A stretch of DNA of 64,000 nt from an uncultured bacterium. Its GTDB lineage: Bacteria; Hydrothermota; UBA3073; NMUJ01; CBEVQO01. The position numbers and the translations under genes are program-made. The notes beneath the pieces were generated by a model. The model was not told the origin of the DNA. It saw only the letters and a list, made by a program, of their open reading frames with translations, and did no database searches. Shown here piece by piece: positions 1 to 9,683 of the stretch (position 1 is its first letter; each line of letters opens with the position of its first letter). The stretch is from contig CBEVQO010000005.1 in assembly GCA_965552055.1 (NCBI GenBank), positions 96,001 to 160,000 of the forward strand. The letters run 5' to 3'.

Positions 1-2711
1 TGGTAAATGGTTATAGTCCTTATCGTGATAAGAAAGCAAAAGACTGGTCCTGCAGGCCTGTTCTTTACACCTATGTGTCTTTTTCCATGTGGTCAAGTTT
101 GAGGTATCACAGCAAAAGGGATGGTGCTTTTATAAGAGGGGGACTTGCTTTAAGATGGAATTTTGGTACATTTTCTTATGGCTTGGAAGCGGGTGTGTTT
201 AAAATATGGTCTAAAAATGGTTTTGATACCGGTATAAAATTTTATTTTGGATTGATAGGTGGCTGGGGTGGATGGCTGGGTCTTGGTGTTAAGAAATTTT
301 ATCCTCCTAAATTTGTGCCAGAAGTTGTAATAGAAGATTCTACAGGAGATGGAGTTTTTACACCATCAGAGAAAGGAAAAATAATTTTAAAAGTAAAAAA
401 TGAAGGAAAAGGACCTTCTTTGAAATTGAAAATATTTCCCGAAATTTTAACAGAACAATTTAAAGATGCGATAAAGATAGGCAAATTTAAAATGGTTAAA
501 AGAATAAAAGTGGGTGCTGAACATCAATGGGAAGTGCCTTTGCGAACAGAATGGTTTTTACCTGAGGGCGAATGTGAAATTGCATTTAAAGGTATAGATG
601 CAAAGTTTAATAAAATGGAAGTGAGGACGAAAATCAGGGCACAGAGAACACCTCCTCCAGAGTTATATGTTGAATTCAAAGATAAAACAGGTGATGGAAT
701 TTTAACGGGAGAAGAATCAGGAGAGATAAAGGTGAGTGTGCAAAATGTTGCGAGAACAACCCTTTACGGCATAAAATTGATATGCCGTCCGGATAAAGAT
801 TTGCAAAAATATATTTCGGTTAAAAAATCGGTGGTAATAGGAAAATTATCACCCCGTAGAAGAAAAGAAGCAAAATTTGATTTAAGAAGTTTACATTCAT
901 TACCAACGGGTGAATTTAAATTAACAATTGTTTGCAGGGATGCCCGTGGTAGAGAAAATAAAGAAGAGATTACTATAAAAACACAGAAATTACCTGCACC
1001 TGATTTCGAAGTAGAATTCGCCGACCCCAATAATTCAGGCTATCTTGAAGCAGGAGAAGAAGCAGAAATTTTGCTTAAATTTAAAAATAAATCAATAGGC
1101 ACTAATAAAAACATAGTTGTTAATCTATCTTTAAAAGAGAAAAAATTCGAAAAACATATTGAAATACCCGAAAAAGTGAAATGCGGAGATATATTGAGCG
1201 GTAAAGAAAAGAGGATACCCGTTAAAATAAAAGCTGGCTTTTATCTACCCGATGGTGAGATAACAATTGTTGCAAGGGGTAAAGATGACCTTGACAATAC
1301 TTTTGAAAAAGAGTTAAAAATAAGGACAAAGAGTGTGGTGCTACCGGAAATGATAGTAGAATTTAGGGACGAAAACAAAAACAGTGCACTTGAACCATCT
1401 GAAAAGGGTAATATTTTTGTTGTTTTGAAAAATAGATGGGCGTTGCCGAATAGAGGTATAAAATTGAAATTGAATATTAAGGAGTTAAAATTCCAGAAAG
1501 AAATTATTTTGCAAAAGTTTATAAATGTTGGTACAATAAAACCGGGTGCTGTTTGCAGTACCAGGGCATTTATCGTTGCGAAGCCCACGCTACCGGAAGG
1601 CGAGTTTACGATAAAAATAGAAGGAGAAGATTTTAAAGGTAATAAATTTTCGAAAGAGATAACCATACCCACTCGAAAAATCCTTGCACCTGAGCTATCC
1701 GTATCTTTTGCTGATGCATCCGGGGACGGTATTTTTGATGCAGGTGAAGAGGGGGTATTGAAACTGAAGTTGAAAAATGTAAGTGGATTAAAGCATCAAG
1801 ATGTTGTTATGGAAATAAAGGTAAAGGAACATAAATTTGCTAAAGATTTGAAGTTTCAGGATAAAGTGAATATGGGTGACCTTTTACCTGATGAAGAGAA
1901 GGAGAAAGAAATAAAGATAGTGGCTAAAAAATCTTTGCAATCAGGTGAATTTACTTTACTTATAAAAGGAGAAGATAAACTTGGTGTTAAATTTTCGGAA
2001 GAACTTACTATAAGAACAAAAGCACTTCCGCCTCTTGCGCTAACACCAAGATTAATAGATGAAAGGAAAGATGGTGTGCTTGAAGCAGGTGAGAAAGCAG
2101 AATTTCATCTCGAAATAACGAATTCAACTCCCGTTAAATTAACAGGGATAAAAGTTTATTTAATGCCCGATGTAAAGATAGCAAGGTATTTAAAATTTGT
2201 AAAAAGCAAATCTGTTGGCTCAATGGAACCCGGTGCTACAGATAGCGTGAAATTACCGGTTAGAGCATTTTATAACATCAGGGAAGGAGAATTTCCTTTA
2301 ACATTTAAAATCGAAACCGCAGAAGGAATAAAAGCCGAAGGGAAATACCTGTTGAAAACCAAAAAAGCGTATCCACCTGAAATGTATGTGAGATTTGAAG
2401 ACGAATCAAAAGATGGTGTGCTTTCGCCGGGTGAAAAGGGAGAGGTAAAAATAAGTTTCAAAAATACATCTTTTGTAAGATTTTCAAATGTTAGGCTAAC
2501 ATTTAACATAAAAGAGATAAGATACAGGAAATTGGTAAAAATTCAATCTTCCAGAAAGATAAAGATAGAGCCACAATCTGAGGAAGAAATAGCAATACCT
2601 GTGAGCACGAAGAAAAAAATAAAAGAAGGACAATTTACCATCGCTATAGATTACGAGGATGAATTCCATCATAGAATAAAACGGGAAATAAAAATCGAGG
2701 TAAAAAAATAA
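1..2711 (+). CDS. Large envelope protein, 5' truncated by window edge; seven tandem ~115-aa Ig-like (CARDB-type) repeats
   Basis: Frame is open from position 3. The motif P-E-x-x-V-x-F-x-D-x-x-G/K-D-G-x-L-x-x-G-E-x-G-x-I-x-x-x-x-K-N recurs 7 times. The N-terminal part has alternating aromatic/Gly beta-strand character. Confidence 0.65.
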   Translation, partial: VNGYSPYRDKKAKDWSCRPVLYTYVSFSMWSSLRYHSKRDGAFIRGGLALRWNFGTFSYGLEAGVFKIWSKNGFDTGIKFYFGLIGGWGGWLGLGVKKFYPPKFVPEVVIEDSTGDGVFTPSEKGKIILKVKNEGKGPSLKLKIFPEILTEQFKDAIKIGKFKMVKRIKVGAEHQWEVPLRTEWFLPEGECEIAFKGIDAKFNKMEVRTKIRAQRTPPPELYVEFKDKTGDGILTGEESGEIKVSVQNVARTTLYGIKLICRPDKDLQKYISVKKSVVIGKLSPRRRKEAKFDLRSLHSLPTGEFKLTIVCRDARGRENKEEITIKTQKLPAPDFEVEFADPNNSGYLEAGEEAEILLKFKNKSIGTNKNIVVNLSLKEKKFEKHIEIPEKVKCGDILSGKEKRIPVKIKAGFYLPDGEITIVARGKDDLDNTFEKELKIRTKSVVLPEMIVEFRDENKNSALEPSEKGNIFVVLKNRWALPNRGIKLKLNIKELKFQKEIILQKFINVGTIKPGAVCSTRAFIVAKPTLPEGEFTIKIEGEDFKGNKFSKEITIPTRKILAPELSVSFADASGDGIFDAGEEGVLKLKLKNVSGLKHQDVVMEIKVKEHKFAKDLKFQDKVNMGDLLPDEEKEKEIKIVAKKSLQSGEFTLLIKGEDKLGVKFSEELTIRTKALPPLALTPRLIDERKDGVLEAGEKAEFHLEITNSTPVKLTGIKVYLMPDVKIARYLKFVKSKSVGSMEPGATDSVKLPVRAFYNIREGEFPLTFKIETAEGIKAEGKYLLKTKKAYPPEMYVRFEDESKDGVLSPGEKGEVKISFKNTSFVRFSNVRLTFNIKEIRYRKLVKIQSSRKIKIEPQSEEEIAIPVSTKKKIKEGQFTIAIDYEDEFHHRIKREIKIEVKK

Positions 2712-2728
2712 TTTAACCTGAAAAATTG

Positions 2729-2755
2729 TTGACAAAGAAATAATTTCATTATAAT
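2729..2755 (+). promoter_or_regulatory. Promoter of hydrogenase operon, TTGACA-N15-TATAAT, leaderless
   Basis: TTGACA 2729-2734, TATAAT 2750-2755, ATG 5 nt later at 2761, no Shine-Dalgarno. Confidence 0.8.
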
Positions 2756-2760
2756 AGGCG

Positions 2761-3750
2761 ATGAAGACCCTGTTCTGTTACAAGGATGTTTTTAGAGAGT
2801 TTTTAAAGAAGTTATCCTGCAGATATAAAATTTTTGCTCCTGTTGAAGGCATTTTTGGTACTTCTTTTGAGCAGCTTGATGAAGATAATATTGATAGGAT
2901 TCGCTTATTTGATGCTCGTTTGTCACAATCACTTAAATGGTTTTTCTATCCGCCTTTTGAATGTGTAACAGAAGAAGCAAAAGCAGAAGATTTTATAGTG
3001 ATAGGAGCAAAAGCATGCGATATAAAGGCTTTAAAAATACTTGATAATGTGTTTATTGGTGGAGATTATGTTGATGATTTTTATAAATCAAAAAGAGAAA
3101 AGGGTATAATAATTGCTTGTGATTGCACTGAGCCTTTGGAATATTGTTTTTGCATATTGCTGGGTGATAAGCCATATGTTGAAGAGGGTGCTGACCTATC
3201 GATTTCCGAGGTCCCACGGGGATACATAATAGATGTTTTGACGGAAAAAGGAGAGAATTTAATTCGTGGATTGAATTCAAGAGAAGCAGAAAGGACAGAA
3301 ATTGAGCAAAGGGAGGACAATAGAAAAAAAGTTATAGAAAAATTAAAAGAGATAAATAAGAAATTCAAATCCCTTGATAATGTTCGTGATATTATAAAAG
3401 ATTTATATGATAGTGAAGTGTGGCGTGAATATAGTGAGAGATGTGTTGAATGTGGTGCATGCACAATGGTATGTCCATCCTGTCATTGTTTCCTTTTACA
3501 GGAGAGTGTTGTCAGGGAATTTGGCAAAAACAGAGTTTGGGATTCATGCCAATATACCGGGTTTGCAAGGGAAGCAGGAGGTGCCAATCCTCGTAAAGAA
3601 GTATTTGAGCGCCTGAGAAACAGGTATTATTGTAAGTTCCAGTATAAGCCCGAGAATTTTGACCTTGTTGCGTGCACTGGCTGTGGTAGATGTGTTGCGG
3701 CGTGTCAGGGTGGGATTGATATGAGAGAGGTTTTGAGCAAGATGCTATGA
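2761..3750 (+). CDS. AsrA/HydB (sulfhydrogenase beta)-like 4Fe-4S protein
   Basis: GAKACD motif, CVECGACTMVCPSCHCF and CTGCGRCVAAC clusters, RVWDSC. Confidence 0.85.
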   Translation: MKTLFCYKDVFREFLKKLSCRYKIFAPVEGIFGTSFEQLDEDNIDRIRLFDARLSQSLKWFFYPPFECVTEEAKAEDFIVIGAKACDIKALKILDNVFIGGDYVDDFYKSKREKGIIIACDCTEPLEYCFCILLGDKPYVEEGADLSISEVPRGYIIDVLTEKGENLIRGLNSREAERTEIEQREDNRKKVIEKLKEINKKFKSLDNVRDIIKDLYDSEVWREYSERCVECGACTMVCPSCHCFLLQESVVREFGKNRVWDSCQYTGFAREAGGANPRKEVFERLRNRYYCKFQYKPENFDLVACTGCGRCVAACQGGIDMREVLSKML

Positions 3751-4616
3751 GCATTTATAAGCCAATAAGAGCAAGGGTAGAGAAAATAGTTGATGAGACA
3801 CCAAACATTAAAACATTTACACTTGTGCCAGAAAAGGAGATATCTTTTAAAACCGGTCAATTTATAGCACTTACTGTGCCAAAAGTAGGAGAAGCTCCTT
3901 TTACCCCTTCATCTTCACCTTATCAGAAAGATAAATTTGATGTTACGATAATGAAAATCAATTATAGAACAAGAGAAGGATTTGAGTATAAAGGTTATGT
4001 TACTAATGCGATTCACAATTTGAAAGAAGGAGATGTTGTTGGAGTGAGGGGTCCTTATGGTCGTGGTTATCCTGTTGATAAGATGTATGGTAAAGAGATT
4101 TTGATAGTAGGTGGTGGTGTTGGCATGGCACCTTTGAGGTCTTTTCTTTTGACAGTTTTGCATGATATTGATAAATTTAAGAGGGTTATTTTATGTTACG
4201 GAGCAAGGACTCCCAAAGATATAGTTTATAAGAAGCAATTTGAAGAAGAATGGATGAAAAACGAAAGGTTAGAGGTTTACAGAAGTGTTGACAAAGCAGA
4301 TGAAACTTGGCGAGAAGTTGAAGGAGTAGTTACTGTTTTACTTGATCAGTTTAAACCCGGTGATAAAAAAGCAATAAATCCGGATGAGTGTATATCTGTG
4401 GTTTGTGGTCCACCTATAATGATGAAATTTACGGTTAAAAAGCTGGTTGAAGATTTGAAGTTAAAGCCTGAAAATATTTATTTGTCTATGGAAAAGAATA
4501 TGTCATGTGGCTTGGGTAAATGCGGTCACTGTCAGATAGGCAAATATTATGCATGTAAAGATGGTCCGGTATTTGCATATTCAGAAATAATGGATATACC
4601 GGGGATATGGGAATGA
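3747..4616 (+). CDS. AsrB/HydG (FlxA)-like FAD/NAD(P)-binding 2Fe-2S subunit
   Basis: GEAPFT, RGPYGRG, GGGVGMAP, VCGPPIMM and C-terminal CGLGKCGHC...C motifs. Confidence 0.88.
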   Translation: MSIYKPIRARVEKIVDETPNIKTFTLVPEKEISFKTGQFIALTVPKVGEAPFTPSSSPYQKDKFDVTIMKINYRTREGFEYKGYVTNAIHNLKEGDVVGVRGPYGRGYPVDKMYGKEILIVGGGVGMAPLRSFLLTVLHDIDKFKRVILCYGARTPKDIVYKKQFEEEWMKNERLEVYRSVDKADETWREVEGVVTVLLDQFKPGDKKAINPDECISVVCGPPIMMKFTVKKLVEDLKLKPENIYLSMEKNMSCGLGKCGHCQIGKYYACKDGPVFAYSEIMDIPGIWE

Positions 4617-5020
4617 AATCAAAAATTGTAGAGAAGGTTCGTTTTACAAATTTTGTTGATAAAGAAAAGGTAGTGGAAGCCGATGCTTTAATTGATACAG
4701 GTGCTACTATTTGTGCTTTACCGAAAGATATGGTTGAGAAATTGGGCTTACAGAGATTGAGGAAAGCAAAAGTCCGCCATGCTGATAATAGAGTAGCGGA
4801 AAAAGATGTTTACGGTGTTGTAACTATAAGGATTCTCAACAGAGAAGGTGAGTTTAATGTTGTATGTGAGGAAGAGGGTACCCAGCCCTTGATTGGCTTA
4901 ACGGTTTTGGAGCAATTAGATTTAATGATTGACCCATCGAGGAAATGTGTGATACCCAACCCAAGGTCAGGTGATTTACCTGTAGTTGATTTAATAAGCC
5001 ATGAAGCGAATATTTATTGA
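4613..5020 (+). CDS. Clan AA (retropepsin-like) aspartic protease, inserted in operon
   Basis: ALIDTGA catalytic motif and PLIGLTVLEQLDLMIDP C-terminal motif; ATG overlaps the upstream TGA. Confidence 0.8.
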   Translation: MKSKIVEKVRFTNFVDKEKVVEADALIDTGATICALPKDMVEKLGLQRLRKAKVRHADNRVAEKDVYGVVTIRILNREGEFNVVCEEEGTQPLIGLTVLEQLDLMIDPSRKCVIPNPRSGDLPVVDLISHEANIY

Positions 5021-5459
5021 TCTGGAGAAGTGTTATAAATGCGAGAAGTGTGTAGCCAGGTGCAACTATCCGTATCATCCGGATAATAATGGGGTGCTGA
5101 AACTGATAGAAATGGGTGTGAGGGAAACCGTTTGCAGAAAATGTGAAGATGCTCCCTGTATAAATGCATGTCCAAACGAAGCTCTTGAAAGATTAGAAGA
5201 TGGAAGAGTTAAAAGGTATAATATGAGGTGTACTGGATGTGGCACATGTGTTGTTGCATGTCCTTTTGGTGTTATTTTCCATGAAATAATAACCTATTAT
5301 GATTCGCAATGTGATTTCTGTGAAGGAAGGGAACCTTTATGTGTGAAGACATGTCCTCATGGTGCGATAAAATATGAAGAGGTTGAAGAAGAGCCCGAAA
5401 AAAGGGTTTATGTTATTGGAGATAAATTTGCTGTTCATGCAATGGGGTGGGAGAGATGA
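5001..5459 (+). CDS. 4Fe-4S polyferredoxin subunit (HycB/DmsB-like)
   Basis: Multiple CxxC and CxxCxxCxxxCP motifs. Confidence 0.85.
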   Translation: MKRIFIDLEKCYKCEKCVARCNYPYHPDNNGVLKLIEMGVRETVCRKCEDAPCINACPNEALERLEDGRVKRYNMRCTGCGTCVVACPFGVIFHEIITYYDSQCDFCEGREPLCVKTCPHGAIKYEEVEEEPEKRVYVIGDKFAVHAMGWER

Positions 5460-6376
5460 AGTGGCTATTTGATTTTGTGGTATTTCCTGGCTTTGTATTT
5501 ACTGCGGTAATTGGGTGTATAGTCAAGTGGTTTGACAGGAAGCTTACTGCGAGGATACAGTGGCGGGTTGGTCCACCTTTTTTACAGCAGTTTTATGACT
5601 TTATAAAACTTACTGCGAAGGAAACGATAATACCAAAAGGTGCAGGTGCTACATTTGTATTGCCTCCGATTATAAGTGTAGTAGCAGTTACTATTGTGTC
5701 AACATTGATATGGAAAGCGATATTAAATCCCGAGCAGACATTTGTTGGTGACCTTATCGTTGTGATTTATTTCCTTATGGTTCCTAATATTTGTGCGATA
5801 ATAGGGGGTGCTGCTTCTCGCAATCCTTTGGCTTCTTTGGGTGTAAGCAGGGAGTTGAAGCTGTTACTTGCTGACGAGTTGCCCTTTATTCTTGCTGCAT
5901 TTGTACCTGTTATAAAGGCACATACAATTAGACTTGGAGAGTTACTTACATGGCAATGGAATAATGAATTGTTTATTGCTTCTGCATCAGGTATTATTGC
6001 ATTTCTCGTAATTTTAGCGTGTATGCAGGCGAAACTTGCTTATCAGCCATTTGACATTCCTGAGGCAGAGACAGAGATAATAGCAGGTCCTTATACTGAG
6101 TATTCTGGTGTGCTTCTGGGTCTTTTCCTTTTATCTCGCTGGATGCTGTTATTTGCACTACCCATGTTTGTAGTTGTTATGTTCCTTGGTGGCATTAAAT
6201 TTTCTGGCTGGCATACTCTCTGGGGTATTTTGAAGTATATAGGATTGCTGATTTTGATAATAGTGGTTAAGAATACGAATCCGAGGATAAGGATAGATCA
6301 GGCTCTTAAATTTTTCTGGTGGGGTGTTACACCTCTTGCTATTTTGTCTGTTGTTCTTGCACTATTTGGTTTGTAA
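5456..6376 (+). CDS. Membrane anchor subunit (NuoH/HycD/MbhM family)
   Basis: RKLTARIQWRVGPP and PFDIPEAETEIIAGPYTEYSG motifs; multiple TM helices. Confidence 0.9.
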   Translation: MKWLFDFVVFPGFVFTAVIGCIVKWFDRKLTARIQWRVGPPFLQQFYDFIKLTAKETIIPKGAGATFVLPPIISVVAVTIVSTLIWKAILNPEQTFVGDLIVVIYFLMVPNICAIIGGAASRNPLASLGVSRELKLLLADELPFILAAFVPVIKAHTIRLGELLTWQWNNELFIASASGIIAFLVILACMQAKLAYQPFDIPEAETEIIAGPYTEYSGVLLGLFLLSRWMLLFALPMFVVVMFLGGIKFSGWHTLWGILKYIGLLILIIVVKNTNPRIRIDQALKFFWWGVTPLAILSVVLALFGL

Positions 6377-6480
6377 TGCGAGCGTTAGCGAGCTCATTTC
6401 ATATGGGTTTTTTGTCGCACCCGAGCGAAGCGAGGGTTGCGCAAATGGGAAGGTGGGGACTGGGAGGCGGGGCTAAAAAT
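6374..6480 (-). repeat. Dispersed GC-rich intergenic repeat, shortest complete copy (inverted relative to the other copies)
   Basis: Reverse complement matches the ends of 17539-17725 and 29133-29461 (ATTTTTAGCCCCGCCTCCC ... GCTCGCTWACGCTCGCATTA). Confidence 0.85.
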
Positions 6481-6483
6481 ATC

Positions 6484-6510
6484 TTGACAAAGTTATATTT
6501 TGATTATAAG
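6484..6510 (+). promoter_or_regulatory. Internal promoter TTGACA-N15-TATAAG, leaderless for the hydrogenase small subunit
   Basis: TTGACA 6484-6489, TATAAG 6505-6510, ATG 6518. Confidence 0.6.
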
Positions 6511-6517
6511 AAGAGCC

Positions 6518-6934
6518 ATGGGTATTAAGATTGGTGCTTTAAAGAGGTCTATATGGCTTTTTCATTTTAATTCGGGTTCATGCAATAACTGTGATATTGA
6601 GATTGTTGACTGTTTAACTCCTCGGTATGACATTGAGAGATTTGGCTTGAAACTTGTAGGTAGCATTCGTCATGCTGATGTTCTTGTAGTAACGGGTTTT
6701 GTCAGCCGTCAGAGTGCTATTCGTTTAAAGAGGTTGTGGGAGATGATGCCAGAGCCTAAGTTTGTTGTAGCAGTTGGTACCTGTGCGTGTTCTGGTGGTA
6801 TTTTTGCAGAATCCTATCATATGGCGGGTCCTGTTGATAAGATAATACCTGTTCATGCTTATATACCAGGTTGTCCGCCCAAGCCGGAAGCTATAATTTC
6901 TGGTATTGTGAAATTGTTGAACACTTTAAAATGA
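6518..6934 (+). CDS. Group 4 [NiFe]-hydrogenase small subunit (MbhJ/HycG/NuoB family)
   Basis: GSCNNCDIE, RHADVL, GTCACSGG and IPGCPPKP motifs. Confidence 0.92.
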   Translation: MGIKIGALKRSIWLFHFNSGSCNNCDIEIVDCLTPRYDIERFGLKLVGSIRHADVLVVTGFVSRQSAIRLKRLWEMMPEPKFVVAVGTCACSGGIFAESYHMAGPVDKIIPVHAYIPGCPPKPEAIISGIVKLLNTLK

Positions 6935-7308
6935 GTGAAATCAAAGTTATGGAGGATTTACTGAAAGAGGCAAAGAAATATATTGAAGAGGGTAATGTTG
7001 TTCAGGCGAGCGAGAAGATTTATAAGGTGATAGAGGAAGGCATTAAGTTTTTATCGAGCAGGGATGGAGTTCCTGAATATTCTGTTGCGCAGAAGGAAGG
7101 CAGGTGGTGGACGCATTTACTTGGTAAGGCAGCTGTTCGACTTTCTAAAAAATATAATGAACAGATGATAAATGATTGCTGGGCAAATGCCTATGACCTT
7201 CATGTATGGGGTTATCACGAAAGGAAATATGATATGGATACGGTTAAACCTAAATTGAGATATGCAGAGTGGATGCTTGAATTTGTAAAGAAGGTGTCAA
7301 ATGAGTGA
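6931..7308 (+). CDS. PaREP1 (HEPN-superfamily) protein, tandem copy 1
   Basis: GNVVQASEKIYK and AYDLHVWGYHE PaREP1 signatures; ATG overlaps the small-subunit TGA. Confidence 0.85.
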   Translation: MSEIKVMEDLLKEAKKYIEEGNVVQASEKIYKVIEEGIKFLSSRDGVPEYSVAQKEGRWWTHLLGKAAVRLSKKYNEQMINDCWANAYDLHVWGYHERKYDMDTVKPKLRYAEWMLEFVKKVSNE

Positions 7309-7681
7309 GGAGATAAAAGTTATGGAAGAGTTGCTGAAGGAGGCAAAGAAATATATTGAAGAGGGTAATGTTGTTCAGGCGAGCGAGAAGATTTATAAGG
7401 TGATAGAGGAAGGCATTAAGTTTTTATCGAGCAGGGATGGAGTTCCTGAATATTCTGTTGCGCAGAAGGAAGGCAGGTGGTGGACGCATTTACTTGGTAA
7501 GGCAGCTGTTCGACTTTCTAAAAAATATAATGAACAGATGATAAATGATTGCTGGGCAAATGCCTATGACCTTCATGTATGGGGTTATCACGAAAGGAAA
7601 TATGATATGGATACGGTTAAACCTAAATTGAGATATGCAGAGTGGATGCTTGAATTTGTAAAGAAGGTGTCAAATGAGTGA
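7301..7681 (+). CDS. PaREP1 protein, tandem copy 2
   Basis: Identical to copy 1 except for the first ~10 codons. Confidence 0.85.
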   Translation: MSEEIKVMEELLKEAKKYIEEGNVVQASEKIYKVIEEGIKFLSSRDGVPEYSVAQKEGRWWTHLLGKAAVRLSKKYNEQMINDCWANAYDLHVWGYHERKYDMDTVKPKLRYAEWMLEFVKKVSNE

Positions 7682-8054
7682 GGAGATAAAAGTTATGGAA
7701 GAGTTGCTGAAGGAGGCAAAGAAATATATTGAAGAGGGTAATGTTGTTCAGGCGAGTGAGAAGATTTATAAGGTGATAGAAGAAGGCATTAAGTTTTTAT
7801 CGAGCAAGGATGGGATACCAGAGTATTCTGTTGCGCAGAGAGAAGGCAGATGGTGGATGCATTTGCTTAGTAAGGCATCTCGTCGTCTTTCTAAAAAATA
7901 TAATGAAGATGAAATTTATCATGTGTGGAGTGTTGCGTATGATTTGCATGTATGGGGCTATCATGAAAGGAAACTTGATATAGAAGATGTTAAGCCAAAT
8001 ATTAAATATGCGGAGTGGATGCTTGAATTTGTGAAGAAGGTGTCAAATGAGTAA
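7674..8054 (+). CDS. PaREP1 protein, tandem copy 3 (divergent central patch)
   Basis: Same N- and C-termini as copy 2; central segment differs (MHLLSKASRR, EDEIYHVWSV, KLDIEDVKPNIK). Confidence 0.85.
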   Translation: MSEEIKVMEELLKEAKKYIEEGNVVQASEKIYKVIEEGIKFLSSKDGIPEYSVAQREGRWWMHLLSKASRRLSKKYNEDEIYHVWSVAYDLHVWGYHERKLDIEDVKPNIKYAEWMLEFVKKVSNE

Positions 8055-8475
8055 GATTGATAAAATAAAAGAAAAGTTTGAGAAAGAGATAAAAAAGATA
8101 AAAAAAGTTGGTGAATTTGAATATTTTATTGATATTGACAGAAGAGATTTGCTTAAAGTGGTTGATTATATTTTTAACGATTTAAAAGGCAGATACAATA
8201 TTTTGTCTGCAACGGATCTGGAAGAGGGTTTTGAGATCCTTTATCATTTTAGTTTTGATGAAGAAGGTAAAAGGGTTACTTTGAGGGTGATGCTGTCTCA
8301 TGAAAATCCAGAAGTTGAATCGATAAGTAGTATTGTAAAAGGTGCGCAATGGATAGAGAGGGAGATTATGGATTTACTTCCTATTAAATTTTTGAATCAT
8401 CCTGATCCTCGCAGATTTATCTTATCCGATGATTGGGAAGAGGGGGTATATCCTTTGAGAAGGGAGAAGAGATGA
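8047..8475 (+). CDS. NuoC/MbhK-like hydrogenase subunit
   Basis: EILYHF, WIEREIMDL and FLNHPDPRRF motifs. Confidence 0.88.
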   Translation: MSKIDKIKEKFEKEIKKIKKVGEFEYFIDIDRRDLLKVVDYIFNDLKGRYNILSATDLEEGFEILYHFSFDEEGKRVTLRVMLSHENPEVESISSIVKGAQWIEREIMDLLPIKFLNHPDPRRFILSDDWEEGVYPLRREKR

Positions 8476-9683
8476 AAAGGGTGATACCGATAGGCCCTTA
8501 TCATCCATTACAGGAAGAAGCGGAGTTTTTCCAATTATATGTTGAAGGTGAAACGGTAGTTGATGTTGACTGGAAAACAGGTTTTAATCACAGGGGGATA
8601 GAGAAAATTTCACAATCGCTTTCTTATGATCAAGTTGCTTTTCTTGTGGAGAGAGTTTGTGGGATATGTTCCACTTCTCATCCGATTGCCTATTGTAATG
8701 CTGTTGAAGAGATATGTGGTATTGAGATACCTGAGAGAGCAAAGTATATAAGGAGCATAATAGGCGAATTGGAGCGTATACATTCGCATTTATTGTGGCT
8801 GGGGCTCGCAGGTCATTTTATTGGATATGACACACTGTGGATGTGGGCATGGAAATACAGAGAGCCTGTTCTCGACATCATGGAGATGATAACGGGAAAT
8901 AGGCAAAATTATGCAATGATGAAGCCAGGGGGCGTTAGGAGAGATATCGATGAAGATAAGATACCTGATATTAAAAAAGTTTTAAATAGTTTGAAACCTG
9001 TTCTTGAAAAGTTTGCCAAAATTGCAATGGATGATCCTGTTTTGCATGCTCGCACAAAGGGTGTTGGTATATTGACAAAGGAAGAGGCACATAATTTTGG
9101 GGCAGTGGGTCCTACTGCGAGGGCATCTGGCTTAAAAATAGATGTGAGGTGTGATTTTCCTTATGCTGCTTATCCTCTTGTTGAATGGGAAGTTATAACA
9201 ACGGAAAATGGAGATGTTTTTGATAAAATTGTTGTAAGAGTGCTTGAGATGATAGAATCTGTTAAAATAATTGAGCAATGTCTTGATAGGTTGAAAGAAG
9301 CGAAAGGAGAGATTGATGCAAAGATAAAGGAAGTTCCACCTGGTGAAGGTATAGGGACTCATGAAGCTCCAAGGGGTGAGGTTTTTCATTATGTAAAGTC
9401 AGATGGCAGTAATAGACCTGTGAGGCACAAAATAAGGGCACCGAGTTATTGTAATGTTCCGACATTTAAAGTTACATGCGTTGGATATCAGGTTGCTGAT
9501 GCGGTTATTGCGCTTGCAGCGGTTGACCCTTGTTACAGCTGTACTGAAAGGATGGAAGCGATAGTTGATGGCAAAAGGATTTTAAAGTGGAGAGATTTGA
9601 TAAGGATGAGCAGGCAGAAGACAGAAAAGATAAAGGCAGAGGTTGGCAGGGATTTTCTTTTGAAAGAAAAACCCGAATTGTGA
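8472..9683 (+). CDS. Group 4 [NiFe]-hydrogenase large subunit (MbhL/HycE/EchE family)
   Basis: L1 ERVCGICSTSH and L2 DPCYSC motifs give all four Ni-binding Cys; HEAPRGE; C-terminal extension after TER. Confidence 0.93.
   Translation: MKRVIPIGPYHPLQEEAEFFQLYVEGETVVDVDWKTGFNHRGIEKISQSLSYDQVAFLVERVCGICSTSHPIAYCNAVEEICGIEIPERAKYIRSIIGELERIHSHLLWLGLAGHFIGYDTLWMWAWKYREPVLDIMEMITGNRQNYAMMKPGGVRRDIDEDKIPDIKKVLNSLKPVLEKFAKIAMDDPVLHARTKGVGILTKEEAHNFGAVGPTARASGLKIDVRCDFPYAAYPLVEWEVITTENGDVFDKIVVRVLEMIESVKIIEQCLDRLKEAKGEIDAKIKEVPPGEGIGTHEAPRGEVFHYVKSDGSNRPVRHKIRAPSYCNVPTFKVTCVGYQVADAVIALAAVDPCYSCTERMEAIVDGKRILKWRDLIRMSRQKTEKIKAEVGRDFLLKEKPEL

Noticed and set aside
2729..2757. Reading the promoters with a canonical 17-bp spacer
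   Set aside because: At 17 bp the hexamers are often poor (AAATTT, AAATAA, TCATAT, TAATTC) and would put the start site inside the start codon, whereas 15 bp gives TAnAAT-like boxes almost throughout.
6374..6480. Repeat as an integron attC site
   Set aside because: No RYYYAAC/GTTRRRY ends, no cassette array and no integrase; it does not flank the inserted genes.
6319..6528. 69-aa ORF between the NuoH-like and small-subunit genes
   Set aside because: It only translates the dispersed repeat and the promoter, and has no protein-like features.
6929..8054. Regular ~373-bp repeats as a CRISPR array or DGR template/variable pair
   Set aside because: Units are whole genes without spacers; differences are not adenine-specific; no cas or reverse transcriptase gene in the window.
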